42,387 nt of DNA from Clostridiales bacterium UBA4696 (lineage in GTDB: Bacteria > Bacillota > Clostridia > Oscillospirales > Oscillospiraceae): positions 1 through 42,387 of the forward strand of contig DHKK01000074.1 in the NCBI GenBank assembly GCA_002404795.1, read 5' to 3'. The stretch's first letter is position 1; every line of letters starts with the position of its first letter. Positions 1 through 6,693 of the stretch are shown here, in pieces. A program made the position numbers and the translations under genes. A model generated the notes under the pieces. The model made no database searches, was not told the origin of the DNA, and saw only the letters and a program-made list of their open reading frames with translations.

Positions 1-88
1 AAGTACCCAAGTGGCCGAAGGGGCTCCCCTGCTAAGGGAGTAGGCGTCTAAAAAGCGCGCGAGAGTTCAAATCTCTCCTTCCGCGCCA
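1..88 (+). tRNA. tRNA-Ser(GCT), first few 5' bases cut off by the window edge; prophage integration target
   Basis: Anticodon arm CTCCC-CT-GCT-AA-GGGAG (24-40), long variable arm, T arm GAGAG-TTCAAAT-CTCTC, 3' CCA at 86-88. Confidence 0.95.
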
Positions 89-91
89 GAA
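66..91 (+). repeat. attL core TTCAAATCTCTCCTTCCGCGCCAGAA
   Basis: Identical to 40254-40279; covers the T-loop and 3' end of the tRNA. Confidence 0.95.
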
Positions 92-131
92 AGAAAACCC
101 TGCAATCTCATGGATTGCAGGGCTTTTCTTT
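90..131 (+). terminator. Intrinsic terminator after the tRNA, probably bidirectional
   Basis: AAAGAAAA-CCCTGCAATC / GATTGCAGGG-CTTTTCTTT hairpin. Confidence 0.8.
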
Positions 132-169
132 GCACGTCAAGGACTTCTGGCGTTTCTGCCGTTACATTT

Positions 170-209
170 TTCTGTTATGCGTATCATTATTTTGATACGC
201 ATAACAGAA
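170..209. repeat. Perfect 17-bp inverted repeat in the att arm
   Basis: TTCTGTTATGCGTATCA (170-186) / TGATACGCATAACAGAA (193-209). Confidence 0.85.
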
Positions 210-220
210 TTTTGGAACGC

Positions 221-243
221 GTTTTTGCCACGGTTTTTGCCAC
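221..243 (+). promoter_or_regulatory. Putative integrase arm-type sites, left arm
   Basis: GTTTTTGCCAC twice; the same TTTGCCAC pair recurs at 40183-40205 beside attR. Confidence 0.7.
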
Positions 244-255
244 AGAATCAAGAAG

Positions 256-1266
256 CTACGCAAAGAAGTTTTTGATCTGCTGAACAGAATCGGAGATATC
301 CGCCTGCGCAATGTGTGTATATATTTTCCGCATGGTTCCGTAGTCTGACCAGCCCCCAAGCTGCATTGTGACCTTTTCAGATATTCCCAATTTATAGGCG
401 AGGGAGCAGAAAGAATGCCTTAGTCCATGTGTCCCGACCTCCGGCAAGTTCGCTTTTCTGCATATTTTATTTGCGGAGGCTCGGATGCTATTCGGGTTTG
501 CGATTACGACAAATTCACCGGTTCTTTCTGCGTCAGAAAGCAGCTGAAATAGTCTTGGTATCATGATCGGGATCGTCCGCCGGGAAGACCGATTTTTATT
601 GGTTGGCTTGTTTACCAGCTTGTTATTTTCGTCAAACAAGGTTGCCCCACGAACCGTTATGGCCTGCTTTTTCAAATCAATGTTTTCCCAACGTAGGCCT
701 AGAATCTCGGATACGCGCAAAGAGTGCAGAGCAAGCAGAAATGCGATTTCGTATTTGCTTCCTTCTGCCTCTTTGAGGAATACCGGAATTTCATCCGCAG
801 ACAGAAATGCATGCTCGTCTGACTGAACAGCGGGAAGCGATACGTCATAAGATACGCCGTATCGCTTGATAGCCGGACGAATCAATGCCCAAGTTTCACG
901 GATGGTCTTTGGACTGCATTTCTCGGAGTTGATCGCCTGCTGAATTGCTGCAGCAGACAGCTTTGACAGCGGAGTGTCCATAATGCCTTGAAGATAACAC
1001 CGCTGCTTGATCCTGTGCCCACGCACAGAAGCTGGGGACAGTACCCCGCTTTTCAGGTTCAGATACTCGTCAATTGCTTTTCGTATTGTGATTTCCGGTT
1101 TTTCGTTTTCTTCGGCAAGAAGCCCTATTTTGTACTCCAAAGCGGCCTGTTCCGCTTCCCGTTTTGTAGGGGCTGTGAAAGACTTCTTTTGCCCGTTCAC
1201 CATCACGCGGCAGCGGTAGGAGCCGGAGGGGAGTTTTTCAGCTTCGGGGACTTTGACTTTCTTCAT
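256..1266 (-). CDS. int: Tyrosine recombinase / phage integrase
   Basis: Catalytic motifs SLRVSEI, HGLRH, GGW and IYTH; N-terminal arm-binding domain; ATG at 1266 with AAGGAG RBS. Confidence 0.95.
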   Translation of the reverse strand: MKKVKVPEAEKLPSGSYRCRVMVNGQKKSFTAPTKREAEQAALEYKIGLLAEENEKPEITIRKAIDEYLNLKSGVLSPASVRGHRIKQRCYLQGIMDTPLSKLSAAAIQQAINSEKCSPKTIRETWALIRPAIKRYGVSYDVSLPAVQSDEHAFLSADEIPVFLKEAEGSKYEIAFLLALHSLRVSEILGLRWENIDLKKQAITVRGATLFDENNKLVNKPTNKNRSSRRTIPIMIPRLFQLLSDAERTGEFVVIANPNSIRASANKICRKANLPEVGTHGLRHSFCSLAYKLGISEKVTMQLGGWSDYGTMRKIYTHIAQADISDSVQQIKNFFA

Positions 1267-1828
1267 GTTGGTTCTCCTTGCGGATGATGCGCAGGATGGC
1301 GATACCGCCGGAGACGACGGCGGCGGCAATCAGGGCGACAAAGGCCCAGGCTGCGCCGGACAGCGTGCCGCCCTGGATGAGACCGGCGTTCCGGATCTGC
1401 GCGTCGATGATGAGATAGGCGACCAGAGAGACCGCCAGCAGGGCGGAGATAAACAGCAGCACGTAGCAGATCGTGTGCGTGGACTTGATCTGCGACCGCT
1501 GAGAGTCGACTGTGGCGGCGAGCCGGGCGTTTTCGCGTTCCAGCTCACGGTTACGGTCCAACACGTCCTGCGGCGTTGCCGGGGCGATCTGCGGCCTGCA
1601 CAGGCCGAAGGACTCATCCATAGAGAGATCGAAGAATTTGCAGAGCGCGACGCTGTCATTCAGTCTCAGGTCGACTTTTGCGTTTGACAATAGTTTGATC
1701 GTGGACGTTTTTGATATGCCCGCTTCTTCGGACAACTGGTCGATCGTCAGGCCGGACTTTTTCTTTGCATCCCGGATCTGCTCGCGAAGCGCTTCCGCGT
1801 TCGCGGCAATGCTTTCTGCAGCTGACAT
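1238..1828 (-). CDS. XRE-family HTH protein with coiled coil and two C-terminal transmembrane helices
   Basis: GLTIDQLSEEAGISKTST HTH; two hydrophobic stretches; ATG at 1828 with GGAGG RBS. Confidence 0.8.
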   Translation of the reverse strand: MSAAESIAANAEALREQIRDAKKKSGLTIDQLSEEAGISKTSTIKLLSNAKVDLRLNDSVALCKFFDLSMDESFGLCRPQIAPATPQDVLDRNRELERENARLAATVDSQRSQIKSTHTICYVLLFISALLAVSLVAYLIIDAQIRNAGLIQGGTLSGAAWAFVALIAAAVVSGGIAILRIIRKENQHEESQSPRS

Positions 1829-2118
1829 AATACGCCTCCAACGATGATTTTTCTGCAGCGGAAAAGTTTTTTCCAAAATAAGAACCTTTTTCTCGAGGTT
1901 TTTCAAAGTAGACATGCACTTTTCCACTTTGCATATGGACACTTAACGGACCAATCTGCTACGCTGGAGACGTAGCAGATAGCTGCTTTACGGGGTATCT
2001 GCTATAGGAGCTGTCGCCTCTGGCACAGGCGGCAGCTCCGTTCGAAACTGTACTCGAGCAGGCTCCCACTCGCTGCGAGGGAAACCCCGCCGCTTTTCCA
2101 GCGGGCGGCGGGGCGGAT

Positions 2119-3012
2119 TTACGGGTTACGATTACTACAATCAAAAAAACTGTCCAGTGTCTGAATTCGATTCTGCATGATTCTATATTTACGTGCCCAT
2201 GACAATTGCGGAATAACTGGGGAGCACACCGAACATTTCTTCTTATAGAATTTCAAGTCCAATGCATTTACAAACGGTGGTTTTGCATACCGGCAAGTCG
2301 ATCTATGCAATGTGCCATTTGGAGAAATGTAGAATTCGCAGATTGGGTCAGGTGTTCCCAATACAGATGCTTGCGATCGTGGTAGTCCATATGGGTCTAT
2401 TATAAAACCGTCAGGAATTGCAATGCAAGCTTTTATATCCTTTGAACGGATTTTTTGGTATTGATTGTACAAATCTGAATAGCGTTGATTTAAGCTAAGC
2501 AAATCTTTTTTCAATTCAGTTGCCTTGAGACTGGCTTGTTCGCGGATGTACTCTTTATACTGAGGCGTTAAGTGATATAGCTTTAAATAAATTTGCTTGA
2601 TTGCAAAAAATAGCAAATTTAGAATAGGAATAGTAAACGGCAAAGTTATTATTACAATAAGAACCCATTCGACCCATGAAAGCTTAGAACTGGAATCGTC
2701 TTGGTTATTTGCGCTTCTAACTGCTGCTGCGGATGAAACAGTAGATGTATCCGCTGGCTGAGTTTTAGACGCAGAAGAGTCGGTGGATGCTGCCGTGTTG
2801 CTGCTAAAATTATACGGACAATCGGAAATCCCGTCACCATCCAAATCTGTGTGTTGGTGTGCAGGATAACCGTGATGATAATGATACGAACCGGTAGAGC
2901 GGTCGTGATGGCCTCCGCTTGCGTCTGTCCTACCGGGGTGAGCGCGCAATGGTACCATCGAAAAGGCAAAAATACACACAATAAGAGCTGCTATTTTTTC
3001 GATTTTTTGCAC
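2119..3012 (-). CDS. Membrane protein with signal peptide, YHYH-type His-rich domain, TM helix and C-terminal Cys/His metal-binding motif
   Basis: AHPGRTDASGGH...YHYHHG; WVEWVLIVIITLPF TM; HRSTC...CSVC; low GC. Confidence 0.75.
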   Translation of the reverse strand: MQKIEKIAALIVCIFAFSMVPLRAHPGRTDASGGHHDRSTGSYHYHHGYPAHQHTDLDGDGISDCPYNFSSNTAASTDSSASKTQPADTSTVSSAAAVRSANNQDDSSSKLSWVEWVLIVIITLPFTIPILNLLFFAIKQIYLKLYHLTPQYKEYIREQASLKATELKKDLLSLNQRYSDLYNQYQKIRSKDIKACIAIPDGFIIDPYGLPRSQASVLGTPDPICEFYISPNGTLHRSTCRYAKPPFVNALDLKFYKKKCSVCSPVIPQLSWARKYRIMQNRIQTLDSFFDCSNRNP

Positions 3013-3091
3013 ACCACATCACCTGCCTAAGGAACGAATTTATCTCAAGCCATGTAGAAATTCGGAGACAGAATTTGTAGCTTTTTGCCTA

Positions 3092-3120
3092 TTGCATATA
3101 TCGAACATTCGTTCTAGAAT
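3092..3120 (+). promoter_or_regulatory. SigA-type promoter with a LexA (Cheo/SOS) box in the spacer
   Basis: -35 TTGCAT (3092-3097), 17-nt spacer, -10 TAGAAT (3115-3120); GAAC-ATTC-GTTC at 3103-3114. Confidence 0.8.
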
Positions 3121-3157
3121 ATAGACACTGCCTCACACAAGGAAAGGAAGGACGCGC

Positions 3158-3295
3158 ATGGAAGATAGCAGAACCGCAGTAGAAGAGTACAGGAACGCCG
3201 ATGAACAGTATTTGCAGCTGAGTGCAGAGAACAGAGAGAAAGTCAACCTTCTTGTTGCTGAGACTTTAAGAGCGCAGCAATCGCAGCGTCAATAG
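3158..3295 (+). CDS. 45-aa putative SOS-induced antirepressor resembling the repressor C-terminus (not in the ORF track)
   Basis: MEDSRTAVEEYRNADEQYLQLSAENREKVNLLVAETLRAQQSQRQ; RBS AAGGAAAGGAAGG; has its own promoter and terminator. Confidence 0.7.
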   Translation: MEDSRTAVEEYRNADEQYLQLSAENREKVNLLVAETLRAQQSQRQ

Positions 3296-3599
3296 CGGCC
3301 CGATTTGCAGCGTTTAATTTCATATAGTCGGGGTTCAGCCTGTCACCGTCGGTGGCAGGCTTCTTTTTTTGCGCGGGATCGTCGGTTTCCCCGCGCAGCC
3401 ATTCGACGGAGACGTTGTACTTTTCAGCTATTTGGTATAAGTGCTTTTTATACGATTTGTTCCTTTCTGATTTCCATTCTGAGACAATATTATGAGGTAA
3501 ACCGAGGTAATCGGCTAATTCTTTGCTACTGCCTCTTATGACTTTTCCGTTTTCGTTTTTCGGGAAAAGTGAAATTATTCTTTCAAGCGTCGGATCCAT
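3243..3599 (-). CDS. Prophage repressor (XRE HTH), with no S24 autopeptidase domain
   Basis: ELADYLGLPHNIVSEWK HTH, YNVSVEWLRG; 118 aa; divergent from cro-like genes. Confidence 0.8.
   Translation of the reverse strand: MDPTLERIISLFPKNENGKVIRGSSKELADYLGLPHNIVSEWKSERNKSYKKHLYQIAEKYNVSVEWLRGETDDPAQKKKPATDGDRLNPDYMKLNAANRAAIDAAIAALLKSQQQEG
3337..3370 (+). terminator. Intrinsic terminator for the antisense 3158-3295 transcript, embedded in the repressor gene
   Basis: AGCCTGTCACC-GTC-GGTGGCAGGCT followed by TCTTTTTTT. Confidence 0.75.
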
Positions 3600-3996
3600 A
3601 GTGTACCTCCTGAGTTTGCTTTAATTTGGCTTCAATGCTCTTCGTTTGCGAATATGCGCAGCCAACGCAGGCAACTGCAGCCAAAGCCCATTGAACATGC
3701 TCTGTAATCCCAGAAGCAAATATAAAGAATACGGCCATTGCAACAGCGCAGACGATATGGTTCACCAACACGCAGATATCATGTTTTTCATCCGACAACT
3801 TGAGAGCAGCAGATCGGGCAAGTAGGCACGACAGAGCGGGGGCTACCGTAACAATGATGGCGTATCCTAAATCACCTTCCTCATATCTTGCCATTGCTGG
3901 GGAAAGTGCATTCCAGAGCATTATTAAGGCGGGGCCGAAAACCACTAAGAGCCAATACGCAACAGTGATAAGCATGCATCGAAAAAACTTTTTCAC
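3583..3996 (-). CDS. Membrane protein with about 4 TM helices, co-transcribed with the repressor
   Basis: Four hydrophobic segments; overlaps the repressor start; AAGGA RBS. Confidence 0.7.
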   Translation of the reverse strand: MKKFFRCMLITVAYWLLVVFGPALIMLWNALSPAMARYEEGDLGYAIIVTVAPALSCLLARSAALKLSDEKHDICVLVNHIVCAVAMAVFFIFASGITEHVQWALAAVACVGCAYSQTKSIEAKLKQTQEVHYGSDA

Positions 3997-4040
3997 GAAA
4001 GTACCAATCCTTTCATTAACGTTTTGTGCACTTCACCAAA

Positions 4041-4094
4041 ACTCATAAACCTGCATAAATACTACTTTACAAAGTAGTATTTATGAGTTATTAT
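4041..4094. promoter_or_regulatory. Genetic-switch region: rightward promoter and operator-like repeats
   Basis: TTTACA (4066-4071)-17-TATTAT (4089-4094); 15-bp IR 4054-4068/4071-4085; CTCAT/ATGAG half-sites. Confidence 0.7.
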
Positions 4095-4132
4095 ATACCT
4101 GTCAGATGCGGTTGGGAACAGGGGGTGAAACG

Positions 4133-4225
4133 GTGACTGACGATTTTATGCTTGGGCTTTTGATCGGAAGCGTGATCAGCGTGATTATTTGGACTATTTA
4201 CATCATTTACGAATTGAAATCGTAA
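4133..4225 (+). CDS. 30-aa hydrophobic peptide (not in the ORF track)
   Basis: GTG start after GGGGGTG RBS; MTDDFMLGLLIGSVISVIIWTIYIIYELKS. Confidence 0.45.
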   Translation: MTDDFMLGLLIGSVISVIIWTIYIIYELKS

Positions 4226-4575
4226 GGGCTCTTCAGCAATTTCCGCCCGATCTTGCAAATGCCAGTGTAGGCTTTCGCCGCCTCTTTCATATCCGGGTGT
4301 TCCTGGCAAAGAAGCGGATACAGCCTGCGTGCAGTCTCGTAGTCAGGATCCGGGATGAAAAGCAGGAGCGTCTGCAGCTCCGCGATACAGGCGGTTCGGA
4401 TGTGCTTTGAATTCGGTTCTGCAACGAAATCCGAATACGCTGCGCAGAAGTCGTGGAAAACGGAGCGCAAGACTTCCTGCCGGTTCCGCTTCTGCTGCGC
4501 GAGGTGCGTAAAGAGAAGACTGATGGCGGAAGGAATCAGGGCGATCAGAATTCCAGCAAAGATATCGTTGTTCAT
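4207..4575 (-). CDS. Moron protein with an N-terminal membrane anchor
   Basis: MNNDIFAGILIALIPSAISLLF; GAGGA RBS; own promoter upstream. Confidence 0.7.
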   Translation of the reverse strand: MNNDIFAGILIALIPSAISLLFTHLAQQKRNRQEVLRSVFHDFCAAYSDFVAEPNSKHIRTACIAELQTLLLFIPDPDYETARRLYPLLCQEHPDMKEAAKAYTGICKIGRKLLKSPYDFNS

Positions 4576-4645
4576 AGGATTTCCTCGTAAACCGCGCTGA
4601 CAGGCAGCGCCGGGGCAAGGGTGTATATGGTTTCCAGTCAAGACC

Positions 4646-4675
4646 ATCTTAGCACCCGCGCCCGCGGTCTGTCAA
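4646..4675 (-). promoter_or_regulatory. SigA-type promoter for the 4207-4575 moron
   Basis: TTGACA-18-TAAGAT with TG extension, minus strand. Confidence 0.6.
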
Positions 4676-4731
4676 TAGAAACCTCATGAGCATGAGTTTT
4701 AAAGGAGGGAAAAATCATAAAAAATGAGGCA

Positions 4732-4968
4732 ATGGTGTTCCCGCTCTGGTACTACCGGAAGATGGCCGGGCTTACGCACAAGGCCATCGGCGAGCGCTGC
4801 GGCGTCAGCATGTCGGCGGTATCGCTGTGGGAAACCGGGAAGACCGTGCCGCGGAAACGGCACTGGCCGGTGCTCGAAGAGATGCTGAACATCTCGGAAA
4901 AGCAGCTTTTGGAAAGCATCAAGGAAGGGAGGAAACGATATGCCAGCGGTAAAGATGGGGCGGGATAA
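4732..4968 (+). CDS. Cro-like XRE HTH regulator
   Basis: GLTHKAIGERCGVSMSAVSLWETGKTVP. Confidence 0.85.
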   Translation: MVFPLWYYRKMAGLTHKAIGERCGVSMSAVSLWETGKTVPRKRHWPVLEEMLNISEKQLLESIKEGRKRYASGKDGAG

Positions 4969-5182
4969 CACGTCCCGGAACCTGTCCCGGCTGATCTACG
5001 GGCGGATCAAGGAGCGCGGCGTGACGATGGACGAGTTGCTGAAACCGGCGGGCGTCAGCAGCAAGACGACGCTCCGGAAGTGGATGAAGGATCCGCAGGA
5101 TTACCAGATGAAGGGCGTGAAGGAGATCTGCAAGCGCCTCGGCATTACACGCGAGGAATTCCTCGCAGCATTTGATTATTAG
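4940..5182 (+). CDS. HTH protein (Cro/Xis-like)
   Basis: GVTMDELLKPAGVSSKTTLRKW; GGGAGG RBS. Confidence 0.75.
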   Translation: MPAVKMGRDNTSRNLSRLIYGRIKERGVTMDELLKPAGVSSKTTLRKWMKDPQDYQMKGVKEICKRLGITREEFLAAFDY

Positions 5183-5192
5183 GAGGACCGTT

Positions 5193-5420
5193 ATGAGAAA
5201 CGAACTTGCGGTCGTGGAGACGACCGAGGAGCGCAGACAGCGCATCAACGAGGAACTGGAGCAGCAGCGGGCAATGGTCCGGATGGTCAAGCGGCTGTGC
5301 CTGTGGATCGGCGGGGCGGCGGCAGTGCTGGCCGTGCTGGCCTGCGGGGCGGAGATGGTCAACGAGGCCGTCGTGACCGGCGCGATCGCGCTGGGGACGA
5401 CGCTGTTTGGGCTGCTGTGA
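5193..5420 (+). CDS. Small phage protein with two TM helices
   Basis: AGGAGG RBS; hydrophobic C-terminal half. Confidence 0.7.
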   Translation: MRNELAVVETTEERRQRINEELEQQRAMVRMVKRLCLWIGGAAAVLAVLACGAEMVNEAVVTGAIALGTTLFGLL

Positions 5421-5602
5421 TGGATATCAAAGAAAAGGCGCTGCTGATGGACCTCTGCGATATCTGCAAGATGCTGGGTCAGAAGCGCGGCTGCCGTCCG
5501 GAAGACGACTGCTACACCTGCGGCATTTACGCCGAGATCGCGCTTGCGCAGTGGGACGCGACCCGCAGGCTCATCCGGGAGCGCACGGGCAAAAAGAAAT
5601 GA
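5420..5602 (+). CDS. Hypothetical Cys-containing phage protein
   Basis: TGATG coupling with the upstream gene; CxxC motifs. Confidence 0.6.
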   Translation: MDIKEKALLMDLCDICKMLGQKRGCRPEDDCYTCGIYAEIALAQWDATRRLIRERTGKKK

Positions 5603-5650
5603 CCCCTGCCGCGCTGCAACGCGACAGAGGCCGAAGGGAAACTGATATCG
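5591..5650 (-). ncRNA. Candidate ~60-nt antisense small RNA
   Basis: Consensus minus-strand promoter TTGACA (5684-5679)-17-TATAAT (5661-5656), followed by hairpin 5603-5630 and a U-tract. Confidence 0.55.
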
Positions 5651-5677
5651 CTCTTATTATAGGGCAGAAAGGAATCT

Positions 5678-6025
5678 ATGTCAAGTTTACGTGATTCACA
5701 TGCGCGGCACGGCGCGAAAGCCTGTGTCGACGCAGTCCGGGCCGACTACCCGAAGTTTAATAAATGTCTGCTCTCGCAGTGCGAAGCGCCGGAGAAGTAT
5801 GGAGTCCAGCTCGTGCCGGAGGCTGCAGCCTCCATCAAGGCGCTGGACGCGCCCAAGAACCGCGCCGACCGGCGGAAGAAGACGAACCGGTATTACTTCC
5901 GCCTGACGGACGATCAGGCAAAGATCCTCGAGCGGCTGCTGAAAAAGAACGGCTACACCACGGTGCAGAGCTTTTGTGAGGAGCTGATCCGGAGGGAGGC
6001 ATTATGCAATGGCATTACCGCTTGA
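5678..6025 (+). CDS. Hypothetical protein with ribbon-helix-helix-like C-terminus
   Basis: AAAGGA RBS; RYYFRLTDDQAKILE. Confidence 0.7.
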   Translation: MSSLRDSHARHGAKACVDAVRADYPKFNKCLLSQCEAPEKYGVQLVPEAAASIKALDAPKNRADRRKKTNRYYFRLTDDQAKILERLLKKNGYTTVQSFCEELIRREALCNGITA

Positions 6026-6236
6026 TAACCTCTACCTCGGCATGCAGGAGAAAGAGCCAACGGTCATTGGGACCTGTGCGCACTGCCAGGAGGAAGTCCG
6101 CGAGGGCGAGGAAGCTTTCGTCTGCGATACGGTCCTTGTACACGCGGAATGCATGCTGGAATACGTCTCCGATACCTACAGCGTAGACGAGATCGCGGAG
6201 GCGCTGCAGTTTGAGAGGGTGCGGTATGCGGGATGA
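6009..6236 (+). CDS. Small Zn-ribbon protein
   Basis: CAHC...HAEC; GGAGG RBS. Confidence 0.7.
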   Translation: MALPLDNLYLGMQEKEPTVIGTCAHCQEEVREGEEAFVCDTVLVHAECMLEYVSDTYSVDEIAEALQFERVRYAG

Positions 6237-6693
6237 AGTTTATATCCCGTTTGAGTGCCGGGTATCGATCTTCTTCCCGGCCGGGCACGTTGAGTGCGAT
6301 TTCTGCCCGCTGCTGCAGACGTACAGCAGACGACAGTGTATGCGGACGTGGGAACTGATCCCGGCATGGCAAAAGCGCGGGCACTATTGCCCGCTGGAGA
6401 TACCCGGAGAACTGCTCACAGACACGGCCACGGGCTATCAGGGCGCAGCCTCGGCCACCGGCGATCTGGGCGCAGCCTCGGCCACCGGCAAAGCCGGTGT
6501 AGCCCTTGCGTCTGGTCTCGCGTGCAAAGCAATGGGCGCGCTTGGCTGCGTAATCTGCTGCGTCGAACGCGGCGGATGGGATGGAGATACATATCCAATC
6601 ATTGCTGTAAAGGCGGCAATCGTCGACGGCGAGAAAATCAAGGCCGATACTTGGTATCACCTGAAAAACGGCGAATTTGTGGAGGTAGAGTAA
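6226..6693 (+). CDS. Phage protein with Cys-rich N-terminus, 9-aa ATGxxGAAS repeats and a VDGEKIKADTWY C-terminus
   Basis: Three 27-bp tandem units at 6427-6507. Confidence 0.7.
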   Translation: MRDEVYIPFECRVSIFFPAGHVECDFCPLLQTYSRRQCMRTWELIPAWQKRGHYCPLEIPGELLTDTATGYQGAASATGDLGAASATGKAGVALASGLACKAMGALGCVICCVERGGWDGDTYPIIAVKAAIVDGEKIKADTWYHLKNGEFVEVE

